From a virus, in the IMG/VR virus record IMGVR_UViG_3300047299_000128, positions 1-64,000 of that record: DNA of 64,000 nt. The stretch is one strand, 5' to 3'. Shown here piece by piece: positions 20,738 to 29,007 of the stretch. Below the pieces are notes generated by a model. It ran no database searches. It was not told the DNA's origin and saw only the letters and a program-made list of their open reading frames with translations. The translations under genes and the position numbers were made by a program. Positions within the stretch are counted from its first letter, which is position 1; the number at the start of each line of letters is the position of its first letter.

Positions 20738-20832
20738 TTTAACTGGCTAACGGCAAGGGTTTGACATCCCTTGCCTGTACGTTGGCAACAACGCACTTGG
20801 GAAAACATTAGTTTGTCCTCCGTGCCAGTAAA
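20738..20832 (+). ncRNA. candidate multi-stem structured intergenic RNA / leader
   Basis: Closing stem actggc/gccagt encloses ggcaaggg/cccttgcc, cgttg-GCAA-caacg and a weaker third hairpin. Confidence 0.4.
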
Positions 20833-20847
20833 CTCAAAGGAGATAAA

Positions 20848-22104
20848 ATGTCTGAAAATAAACGTAAATTAAAAAGCAGTGGTACTACATCTGAAGTATC
20901 ATTGGACAAAACAAAAGAGTACAAGTACGACAAGTCCGGTGCTCTAGTAGTAGCAACGACAGTCGGCGATAACGATATCGTTTTCTCTGGTAGTAAATCA
21001 AGTCTTCGTCGTATTTCTGACTTAGAGCGTAACGTTTCTATTTTAGCTGCTACATTAACAACTACTGACGGTGACGCAACTGACAGCGACGATAATAGCT
21101 TCGATGGTATTTTTACATCACCTGCTCGTTTCAAGTCTACTACACGTTTTGACGCCGCAGTTGACGTCCGTGCAGCCGTTGCAATGAACAGCAACAAAAT
21201 TACAGGTTTAGGTACACCATCTGCTTCTGGCGATGCAGCTAACAAGTCTTACGTAGACTCTAGTATTTCTGCATTAGTTGCAAGTTCTCCATCTACTTTA
21301 GATACACTAAACGAACTAGCAACTGCATTAGGAAACGATGCAAACTTTTCTACCACAGTAACGGCAAGTATTGGTACAAAATTACAAAAGTCTAATAACT
21401 TAAGTGATTTAACTAACGCTGCTGCTGCACGTTCAAACTTAGGTTTATCCGCAGTAGCATCTAGTGGTTCTTATGCAGATTTATCCGGTAAGCCGACAAT
21501 TCCTACCGCAGTTAGCTCATTGACAAATGATAGTGCATATGTTACTGCCGCAGGCGCACGCGGTGCAGTAAGTTTCGCAGCAGGTTCTGGTGCTTATAAC
21601 AGTACAACTGGTGTAATTTCTATTCCTACTAATACTAATCAGTTAGCCAACGGCGCTGGTTTTATTACTGGATATACAGAAACAAGTACATTAGCTCAAG
21701 TTACGGCTCGTGGCGCAACAACTACTTCGGCACTAAGCACAGGTGCATTAACAGTTAGCGGTGCAATCACTTCTACTGGTGAAATCACAGCTTACTACTC
21801 TGACGTTAACTTGAAGAAAGATATTGTTGAGATCGCAGGCGCTTTAGACAAAGTAGAAGCTATCCGTGGTGTTCACTATCGTCCAAACGAAGCTGCTTTA
21901 GGATTAGGTATCGAAGACAAAGCTGAAGTTGGTGTTATTGCTCAAGAAATTGAAGCAGTTTTACCAGAGTTAGTCGTTGCTTCCGCATTCGAAGGTTATA
22001 AGACAGTTAAGTATGACAAGCTAACAGCATTGTTAATCGAAGCAGTCAAGGAACTAAGTGCTAAAGTGAAGACACTTGAAGCCCAAGTAGGTAAACAGGC
22101 CTAA
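20848..22104 (+). CDS. tail fibre with C-terminal intramolecular chaperone (peptidase S74)
   Basis: YYSDVNLKKDI...GVIAQEIEAVLPELV...VKYDKLTALLIEAVKEL; also PSTLDTLNELATALGND. Confidence 0.9.
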   Translation: MSENKRKLKSSGTTSEVSLDKTKEYKYDKSGALVVATTVGDNDIVFSGSKSSLRRISDLERNVSILAATLTTTDGDATDSDDNSFDGIFTSPARFKSTTRFDAAVDVRAAVAMNSNKITGLGTPSASGDAANKSYVDSSISALVASSPSTLDTLNELATALGNDANFSTTVTASIGTKLQKSNNLSDLTNAAAARSNLGLSAVASSGSYADLSGKPTIPTAVSSLTNDSAYVTAAGARGAVSFAAGSGAYNSTTGVISIPTNTNQLANGAGFITGYTETSTLAQVTARGATTTSALSTGALTVSGAITSTGEITAYYSDVNLKKDIVEIAGALDKVEAIRGVHYRPNEAALGLGIEDKAEVGVIAQEIEAVLPELVVASAFEGYKTVKYDKLTALLIEAVKELSAKVKTLEAQVGKQA

Positions 22105-22117
22105 TTAATTTCCAAAA

Positions 22118-22149
22118 TTTAGTTAGAGTTTTAACCGGCTCTAACTAAA
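22118..22149. terminator. inverted repeat / probable terminator
   Basis: tttagttagag...ctctaactaaa 11-bp stem. Confidence 0.55.
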
Positions 22150-22180
22150 AGGATAAATATCAATAACAGGAGATTAAGAT

Positions 22181-22399
22181 ATGCCTTTACCATCATCGGG
22201 TACTCAATATGTGTTACCAGCAACTGGTTCTGAAATCGTCATGGGTAGAATCAAACAAGCGTACACTAATGTACAAGCAGAAGCAGGCCAAAACATTGGC
22301 TTAAGCGGTACGTTAGGTGGCTATGTCGGACAAGCCTCTGGCACTCAAATTACATTGAGTTCTAGATTCGGTGGCAAGACAACACCATATGGCTATTAA
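22181..22399 (+). CDS. small fibre-tip/associated protein
   Basis: LPATGSEIVMGRI...ITLSSRFGGKT pattern of short proteins that follow S74 fibres; AGGAG RBS. Confidence 0.6.
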   Translation: MPLPSSGTQYVLPATGSEIVMGRIKQAYTNVQAEAGQNIGLSGTLGGYVGQASGTQITLSSRFGGKTTPYGY

Positions 22400-22456
22400 T
22401 TTTTAACTTAGAAATTAGTACATAAATACCTCAAACTAACACTTTGAGGTATTTTT

Positions 22457-23017
22457 ATGGCTACGAAAAAAACAAAACAAGAACTAAAGCATGCAGAACT
22501 ATTTGCAACATGCCCATATCCAATTAGCAGTGATTTTGAATTAACAAATTTTGAAAACTCGTCTGGCGCAGGATATGCAAGACATATTATTGATATTGTA
22601 AATAAAATTAGAAAAATCGAAAGCGATTTGGCAACAGAGACAGGGGATTTTGAAATAAAATCACTTGAAGCTGAATACACTACATTAGTTGCTTACTTAG
22701 ACACGCAAGAACCTGCAACATTACAACAAGCTGTAGGAAATTGGCAACATACAGAGTCCGAATACTGGATTGAATATTTGGGTAAATTATCCGCAGTTGA
22801 ATTGTTAACATTCGGTAAACCCACGTTAGAAACTATGACCAAAATGGTCAAGCTACCTGAAGATGATTATATTAAAGCAACGCAGATTTGCGTATCTTTA
22901 GCAAATGCAATACAACAAGCAACTGTAGCAGCCGAACAATCACTGGGTGGGGTAGCAGTCCAGCAAGAACCTACACCTGCTCCTAAAAAGAAACTAAACT
23001 TAAAAAAAGTTAAATGA
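22457..23017 (+). CDS. hypothetical protein
   Basis: GAGG RBS and late promoter; coupled (ATGA) to the glycosyltransferase gene. Confidence 0.7.
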   Translation: MATKKTKQELKHAELFATCPYPISSDFELTNFENSSGAGYARHIIDIVNKIRKIESDLATETGDFEIKSLEAEYTTLVAYLDTQEPATLQQAVGNWQHTESEYWIEYLGKLSAVELLTFGKPTLETMTKMVKLPEDDYIKATQICVSLANAIQQATVAAEQSLGGVAVQQEPTPAPKKKLNLKKVK

Positions 23018-23652
23018 AAAATCAAGACGTAAGATTGGCAGTATGTATTCCATGTAGAGATACTATGCACAGTGCATGCTCATTTTCTCTTTATAATTTG
23101 GCAAAAGTATTAACTGAATTTGGTATTACGCATACTATGTTCATGAGCCCTGGAACATTGATTGCCAACCAACGACATGAATTAGTCAAGACGGCGAAAG
23201 AATGGCAAGCAACACATGTATTGTTTATCGACAGCGATATTGAATTCGAAGCACATCACGTATTAAAACTAATAGAGTTCGAAGAACTTATAGTCGGTGC
23301 CGCATATAGTAAACGTGTAGAACCTATTATAACAACAGCGTGGCACACATTATACGACTGGGATAGTTGGGTGCGTGTTGAAGAGCAAACAGATAGTCAC
23401 ATTAAAATACAAGCTATGGGCCTGGGATTTTGTCTTATAGAAACAAAAGTATTTGATCAACTTGATTTGCCGTGGTTCCAATTAGGATTCTATAACGGAC
23501 AATACACCGGCGAAGATATTGAATTTTTTAGAAAGTGTAACGAAGCAGGAATTCCTATTTGGTTAGACATACAAACTACTTGCGAGCTGGGCCATTTAGG
23601 AACTAAATCATTTAAAGTCGTTGACGGTATTGAAGTAAACCTTGCCACTTAA
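23014..23652 (+). CDS. GT-A fold glycosyltransferase (family 2-like)
   Basis: AVCIPCRD, HVLFIDSD (DxD), GLGFCLI, GEDIEFF, GHLG motifs. Confidence 0.8.
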   Translation: MKNQDVRLAVCIPCRDTMHSACSFSLYNLAKVLTEFGITHTMFMSPGTLIANQRHELVKTAKEWQATHVLFIDSDIEFEAHHVLKLIEFEELIVGAAYSKRVEPIITTAWHTLYDWDSWVRVEEQTDSHIKIQAMGLGFCLIETKVFDQLDLPWFQLGFYNGQYTGEDIEFFRKCNEAGIPIWLDIQTTCELGHLGTKSFKVVDGIEVNLAT

Positions 23653-24001
23653 CCAGCCAACGATTTAATCTAATAACGTTCACTTGAGCAGAGCTTTGAA
23701 AATATGCATCTTCGAGCGAACGTTGTATTTCTAAATCACGTTGCGTTGTTTCTTTGAGTAAATCTAGTGTACAATCTGCTTCGCTTAATAATAGTTGCAA
23801 CAGCGGGTGCGAAATATTTTCGTTATTAAGTAAATGTTGGATTTGTAAATACCAACGTTCTACATAACAAGTCTCTGGCTTATAAAGCGTATTTAAAAGA
23901 GGATTGTTAAGCCTACTGTCCCAGCAGTAGTATAAATCTACAGCTTTTGCTGATTTAAGAGGTTGTTCCTTCTTGGGAAACGGTATTATCTCTGCTGACA
24001 T
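23612..24001 (-). CDS. hypothetical protein
   Basis: Last gene of the minus-strand operon; MSAEIIPFP start. Confidence 0.6.
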   Translation of the reverse strand: MSAEIIPFPKKEQPLKSAKAVDLYYCWDSRLNNPLLNTLYKPETCYVERWYLQIQHLLNNENISHPLLQLLLSEADCTLDLLKETTQRDLEIQRSLEDAYFQSSAQVNVIRLNRWLVKWQGLLQYRQRL

Positions 24002-24431
24002 TTTTCTTATCGATCCAAGTATAAAAATTCTTAAATTTAGCCTTGAGTCTTGATGAGCTTAACATTTGTTTGGCTTTTGGATGCATTGGGCTCGGTAAGC
24101 TATCTATGCTGGTCCACGCATAGCCACTATTTTCCCAATTTAGCTCTGGAACAAATTCTTTATTCACTAGCACAATATACGTGTCGTATATAAAATCCTT
24201 GCTACGACTTTGATAACTATGCAGCGGGAGAATTTTTTTAATTTTAGTTAAATTGAGTTCTTCTTTTAATTCTCTCTTAAGAGCATCCACGAGTTGTTCG
24301 TCCGCTTCTACACGGCCTCCTGCAAATGCCCAGGTGTCGGGATAACTTTCGTCCGGACTGCGAAGCACTGTCATGACCCTGCCTGTTTCCTCGCTAACTA
24401 TAATTGCCCCTACACCTTTAAACTGCTTCAC
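23955..24431 (-). CDS. Nudix hydrolase
   Basis: Nudix box GGRVEADEQLVDALKRELKEEL; start moved to the GTG overlapping the upstream TGA. Confidence 0.9.
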   Translation of the reverse strand: MKQFKGVGAIIVSEETGRVMTVLRSPDESYPDTWAFAGGRVEADEQLVDALKRELKEELNLTKIKKILPLHSYQSRSKDFIYDTYIVLVNKEFVPELNWENSGYAWTSIDSLPSPMHPKAKQMLSSSRLKAKFKNFYTWIDKKNVSRDNTVSQEGTTS

Positions 24432-25780
24432 AAATAAATTCTCCACCAGCCGTTTTGATAAGTGCCTTCTACTGCACTGATCCATTGACCATTACGCCAT
24501 TCATATAACAAACTGCTAGTTGTATTTAACACTACGGCATTAGAGTTGCTAGCACTATCAAAGCTAACAATCCAACCACTGCCATTATATTCGACAATAT
24601 CATTTGCTTTAGCATTTACTATGCCCCAATGAGTACTATTAGGAATATCTTCTATAACTAGATAACGCTGCCCTAATACTGCTACAGGTAAGCCTAATCC
24701 AGGTGCAACTTTAGTGGGATTTATTACGGCGGTGATTGCAGCCACTGTAGAGTCCGGTAAGCTATTCGAGTCGATAGTTATGTTTACTATGTTAGGAGTT
24801 TCTGGATCTATACTATCCATAGTTGCGATAATATCCTGACTGGCATCGCTTGGATCTAATCCTCTACGTAGTCTAATATTACTAATGCCTAAATTAAGTT
24901 GTCCATACGGGGTTAGTATGTTTTCCCATGTTAGTAAATTTCCATCGTCATCGGTAGTGCCCCCACTTTTGTTTAATAGCGTAGCCCTATCGCCTTCGAT
25001 TCTAACTTGTAGCTTTAAGTTTTCGAACGTGACTAACACCCATTGTTTATGTGGGATAGGATCGCCCGGGACCCATTCTTCTATTTCATTGTCTTTAAGT
25101 TTTTTAATTTCGGTTAAGATAGAATGAATAAGAGTTTGTCTTTTGACCTTTGCTGGAGGATTCATTAGCATTGGAATAACAAAGTTAAGAGCAGAAACAT
25201 CAATAATATCGTCTGTGCCCATTGGCACTTGACGAACGCTCCAAACAGAGTTTACTAATTCAGTATATGTTAAGTTCGACCAATCAAACGGATTGTCATT
25301 AAGTTTTAAGTTGATGCTAGGATTAAACAGCACTAGCATTTGTTCTAATATTTGAAATTTTTGATCTGTATTACTAGTCCATACGTCTACTTGAACAGTC
25401 AAGTCATATGGGACTGGCATGTATCGTTCGATGGTATAAGTGTTCCCAATCTCGCCGTCGATGTATTCTCCTGCGGTAGGATCAAACTTCTTTTCATACA
25501 CTCTGACTTTATCCACGTGAGTTGGATTTAGTCTGCGTTCGGCACTGATTTGCATGTCGGTTATATAGCAGCTAATAAACGGAACAGTGTTGATAGAGTT
25601 CTCACTTTGATTCTTCATTATGTGAGCAGCCATACGGTTAATGTCGCCGTATCTAACAGGTACTTGGATATAGCTTTCGGTGCCATCTCTGCCTTTGCCG
25701 GTTTTAACGCTAAAACCTCCTAGTATTCTCATAAACTGAGTAAGATAGCGTCTTATTTGATCATCGAAAAAATATTGCAT
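24428..25780 (-). CDS. tail terminator / sheath stabiliser (T4 gp15-like)
   Basis: YFFDDQIRRY, VPVRYG, PVPYDLTVQVDVW, QILEQMLVLFNP motifs. Confidence 0.8.
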   Translation of the reverse strand: MQYFFDDQIRRYLTQFMRILGGFSVKTGKGRDGTESYIQVPVRYGDINRMAAHIMKNQSENSINTVPFISCYITDMQISAERRLNPTHVDKVRVYEKKFDPTAGEYIDGEIGNTYTIERYMPVPYDLTVQVDVWTSNTDQKFQILEQMLVLFNPSINLKLNDNPFDWSNLTYTELVNSVWSVRQVPMGTDDIIDVSALNFVIPMLMNPPAKVKRQTLIHSILTEIKKLKDNEIEEWVPGDPIPHKQWVLVTFENLKLQVRIEGDRATLLNKSGGTTDDDGNLLTWENILTPYGQLNLGISNIRLRRGLDPSDASQDIIATMDSIDPETPNIVNITIDSNSLPDSTVAAITAVINPTKVAPGLGLPVAVLGQRYLVIEDIPNSTHWGIVNAKANDIVEYNGSGWIVSFDSASNSNAVVLNTTSSLLYEWRNGQWISAVEGTYQNGWWRIYL

Positions 25781-25782
25781 GT

Positions 25783-26829
25783 TTAATAATCCGTTTTTGG
25801 TTTAATAACTTGGCTAAGTGCTTGGCGTTCCGGCATTTCCTCGCCACCTATTACAGTAGTTGCGGTATTGTTGATAAACGGTGCAGCGTTTAGTACGCGA
25901 TCCTTAACGTCAACTGCACCCGATTGCATTTCCATACGTTGCCATCTTGTTCCTCTATATGCAAATAGCGCAGGCGGAGTATAATCTGTGCGCAAGAAAA
26001 AATCTCCTTGCGTTGGGTTTAACGGGAAACTTAAACCCTGATTTAATTCTTCACCGTGATCATATTCTGCATTAGCATATGACTGGTATTGTTTGCTAAT
26101 ATCCTGTACAATGTTTCCGCCTTGGTCCATGATAGTAGGAGCCAGTTGTTCGCCACGTTTGACAATAGCGTTGCTGATTTCCAATTCTTTTTGGTAAGTG
26201 CTTAGTGCGTCTTTTAACGTATCTACTCCATTGTCCGCAGGTTGGGATAAAATATCTCTATATTCCTGAGCATCTGTCATCGGGCTTGCTTTGATACGCC
26301 AAATATGCGGATACCATGTTTGACTAAAACCTTCCGCAGCACGACTAGCATCCTGGATAACATAAAATTTGTTAACTGCGGGCTTGCTAGTGTCTAATAA
26401 CAAATCATCTCTAACGTGAGGAAGTTCGATAACATCGCCTGCCATAAGTTTGCGTCCCATTCTATCTACCATGTCGTTGGTATGGAAACTGACATAGATA
26501 GTATCCGCACTTAAAAACAAACCAAATTGTGTTAAATCAAAGTCCTGGTCGCCTACGTTGTAAACGCCCCTGAGTTCGTAAACATCTGGATCGTAAATCC
26601 TATCTCGATTTTCCAATAGCAACAAGTCTTGAATTTTTGTCTCATTTAATTCGCTTTCTGCTGCATAATTTGGTTTGGTAGGATCATTGCTTGCACCCTG
26701 ATCCGCGGGCTGTAAATATTTGTGGACTAAAACGGCAGTGCCTCCCACCAGGAATTGCTCACGGATGAGCTTGTCCATAAAGTGGAAGTCGTTTGTTCGT
26801 TCATTTTTCCAAAGGCTTAATCTTGGCAT
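25783..26829 (-). CDS. neck protein (T4 gp14-like)
   Basis: LLENRDR.Y, DLTQFGLFL, GDVIELPH motifs; adjacent to the gp15-like gene. Confidence 0.7.
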   Translation of the reverse strand: MPRLSLWKNERTNDFHFMDKLIREQFLVGGTAVLVHKYLQPADQGASNDPTKPNYAAESELNETKIQDLLLLENRDRIYDPDVYELRGVYNVGDQDFDLTQFGLFLSADTIYVSFHTNDMVDRMGRKLMAGDVIELPHVRDDLLLDTSKPAVNKFYVIQDASRAAEGFSQTWYPHIWRIKASPMTDAQEYRDILSQPADNGVDTLKDALSTYQKELEISNAIVKRGEQLAPTIMDQGGNIVQDISKQYQSYANAEYDHGEELNQGLSFPLNPTQGDFFLRTDYTPPALFAYRGTRWQRMEMQSGAVDVKDRVLNAAPFINNTATTVIGGEEMPERQALSQVIKPKTDY

Positions 26830-26856
26830 AGTATAAGTATTTACCTAAATTTTTAA

Positions 26857-26885
26857 TAGACACAAATTGATTTTGGTTATATAAT
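26857..26885 (+). promoter_or_regulatory. early sigma70-type promoter cassette
   Basis: TAGACA-caaattgattttggtta(17)-TATAAT. Confidence 0.8.
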
Positions 26886-26909
26886 ACACTTATTGCAATA
26901 AGGAACCGT

Positions 26910-27077
26910 ATGAAAAACACCATTTTTTATTTTGCAAATCTTGCACTACTGCCCTTGGCATGTGTGGTGTTTTTTGCTGTGAACATGTTTAAACTGACAC
27001 GGCAAGCGATTCGGTGGACAGTAAGCGATATTACAAGTTCGTATCATGCTAACCGTAGGTATTACAACAGAAAGTAA
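26910..27077 (+). CDS. 55-aa single-pass membrane protein (absent from the ORF track)
   Basis: AGGA RBS; MKNTIFYFANLALLPLACVVFFAVNMFKLTRQAIRWTVSDITSSYHANRRYYNRK*; first gene after the early promoter. Confidence 0.65.
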   Translation: MKNTIFYFANLALLPLACVVFFAVNMFKLTRQAIRWTVSDITSSYHANRRYYNRK

Positions 27078-27082
27078 ACAGT

Positions 27083-27313
27083 ATGCTAACAGCGGCAAAA
27101 ATTAAAACTTTAGTAGACATTAGCCCCGAAGTATTAGCTACTATGTTTAAAACTTTAAAAAAGAAAAAAGTTAAGTTTAAAACTGTCAATTTTTTGGGTA
27201 TTACAAACGGCGGCGATTTTTGTTACCATGTGACATTTTTTGACGACGAACAAGCAGAAAAAGTCTTTGTCAAATACGATCATGTAAACGATAGTATTAC
27301 AGTTGATTATTGA
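27083..27313 (+). CDS. hypothetical early protein
   Basis: 76 aa; its stop TGA lies within the next TTGACA. Confidence 0.7.
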   Translation: MLTAAKIKTLVDISPEVLATMFKTLKKKKVKFKTVNFLGITNGGDFCYHVTFFDDEQAEKVFVKYDHVNDSITVDY

Positions 27314-27338
27314 CACAAATTGGCTAATCCTATACAAT
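27310..27338 (+). promoter_or_regulatory. early sigma70-type promoter cassette
   Basis: TTGACA-caaattggctaatccta(17)-TACAAT. Confidence 0.8.
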
Positions 27339-27368
27339 AGAAGTATTGTAAGTAATAAGGCACGACAA

Positions 27369-27779
27369 ATGGAAACCAAAGTAGAAGGCAGTCGCAGAAA
27401 CAGAAAGTTTGTAGAGGCACTACTGCCTTCTATGTTGTCGCAACTCAAACTGGACAACTGCACCAGAGCTTTGCTCGTCCGAGTCGAAGACGAGTGCGGG
27501 GATAACCAAGGCTTTACGCTGGACCTGACACCCGCAACAGGATCTTATTTGGTTATTATCAAACCAAACCGTAAGCTAAAAGAAATTGGACTAACACTTG
27601 CACACGAATTAGTGCATGTTAAACAAATGGCCAAGGGTATTCTCAAAAGCACCAAAACCGGTGCTACGGTTTGGGCAGGTAAACGATACTCTAAAAAAAC
27701 AAAGTATCTCGACCAGCCATGGGAAATCGAAGCGTTTAGTCGCCAAGAACTAATCCTTCGCCGTGCAATAGAAGAATAA
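27369..27779 (+). CDS. zincin-like metallopeptidase
   Basis: LAHELVHVKQ (HExxH) and PWEIEA; start moved to ATG 27369 downstream of the promoter. Confidence 0.8.
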   Translation: METKVEGSRRNRKFVEALLPSMLSQLKLDNCTRALLVRVEDECGDNQGFTLDLTPATGSYLVIIKPNRKLKEIGLTLAHELVHVKQMAKGILKSTKTGATVWAGKRYSKKTKYLDQPWEIEAFSRQELILRRAIEE

Positions 27780-27819
27780 CAGACTAACAAACATAAACAC
27801 TCTTTTTAGGAATATAAAG

Positions 27820-29007
27820 ATGGCAACCAAACGAACAGTTAAAACAAATGACAAACTGGCATGGCGATTTGAAGCACCGGCCAAAGTGGTACACTATCGC
27901 GAAGCCGACTCTAAGTATGTCGGTGATGAACCAACTTACCCCGAAGTCGAAATCCAGCGCAAGTGGTCTACTAGTGAATACCAAGTGCAATTGATGCGCA
28001 CACTTAATTGGTATGCACATACACAAGATAAAAAGAAAAGCGCAGAATGGATGGCTGCCTTTTTGGAACGCAACCCAAAACGAGCAGAGCTAGCCAAGTC
28101 TATTCGCCGCGGTGATGCATGGCCCGGCCCTACTGTAGGGTTTGCCCTGCGAGCCGGGCGTGTTGGTCTCGAACTTCGTTTTGGCACACTTCGCCGCTTG
28201 GTTAAATTGCTTAAACAAGCCGATGCCGAAAAAACTACTACAGCAACAGTAGAAGAAGTTAAAGACGAAAAGCCAAAGTTTAATATTCAAGAACGTATGG
28301 CAGAAAAAACATCCGAGTTCCTGGGCGAGCTCGAAGGTCGATTTGATGACTTTATGAATGAGTTTAAAGGAGATCCTAAGCTAGTAGAGCTTATGACTAC
28401 AATGAACGTTCCGGCAGTGCAAGTTAAGGCAGTGCAGGAATTTATTAACAAAAAGATTGCAGAGTTTGAAGAAGTTAACTCTACCAAAGACAGTCAAGTG
28501 GTCGAAGCATACAAACACTTGGGCAAACGACAAGTCAATGCCATTATCAAATGGTGGCAACAAGCCCTGACGGATGCTAACAGCTACAACGTGGTTAAGA
28601 AAGCCGCCAAGGCTCCTCGTAAGAAGAAAGCAGTGACTCCTGAAAAGGTAGTTAGTAAACTCAAGTATATGAAAGAGTTTGCAGAGCTTAAGTTGAAAAG
28701 TGTGGACCCGACACAGATTGTCACAGCGACAGAACTTTGGGTTTATAATACAAAGAACCGTAAGTTGGGTCTTTACATTGTGGACCAATATGCAGGAGCG
28801 CTGACTGTTAAGAATAGCTCTATTGTAGGATTTGATGCTACTGCAAGTGTACAAAAGACACTTCGCAAGCCAGCAGATCAACTTAAAGATCTTGCAAGCA
28901 ACGGCAAACCGGCTGCAAAAAAATGGTTTAAGACAGTCAAGGCAACTGAGACTAAACTAAATGGTCGCATTAGCCCTGACATGATCCTTTTGAAAGCATA
29001 CAAATGA
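27820..29007 (+). CDS. hypothetical basic protein (395 aa)
   Basis: Long ORF with AGGA RBS; C-terminal LWVYNTKNRKL...KTLRKP...LNGRI domain; function not recognised. Confidence 0.75.
   Translation: MATKRTVKTNDKLAWRFEAPAKVVHYREADSKYVGDEPTYPEVEIQRKWSTSEYQVQLMRTLNWYAHTQDKKKSAEWMAAFLERNPKRAELAKSIRRGDAWPGPTVGFALRAGRVGLELRFGTLRRLVKLLKQADAEKTTTATVEEVKDEKPKFNIQERMAEKTSEFLGELEGRFDDFMNEFKGDPKLVELMTTMNVPAVQVKAVQEFINKKIAEFEEVNSTKDSQVVEAYKHLGKRQVNAIIKWWQQALTDANSYNVVKKAAKAPRKKKAVTPEKVVSKLKYMKEFAELKLKSVDPTQIVTATELWVYNTKNRKLGLYIVDQYAGALTVKNSSIVGFDATASVQKTLRKPADQLKDLASNGKPAAKKWFKTVKATETKLNGRISPDMILLKAYK

Noticed and set aside
20761-20766. TTGACA in the fibre intergenic region as a sigma70 promoter
   Set aside because: There is no -10 box at 16-18 bp, and it lies in a hairpin loop
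20735-20850. Stop read-through or fusion of the 844-aa and 418-aa fibres (likewise the 68-aa and 2046-aa ORFs)
   Set aside because: The frames differ, an in-frame TGA follows soon after 20737, and the downstream genes have their own strong RBS
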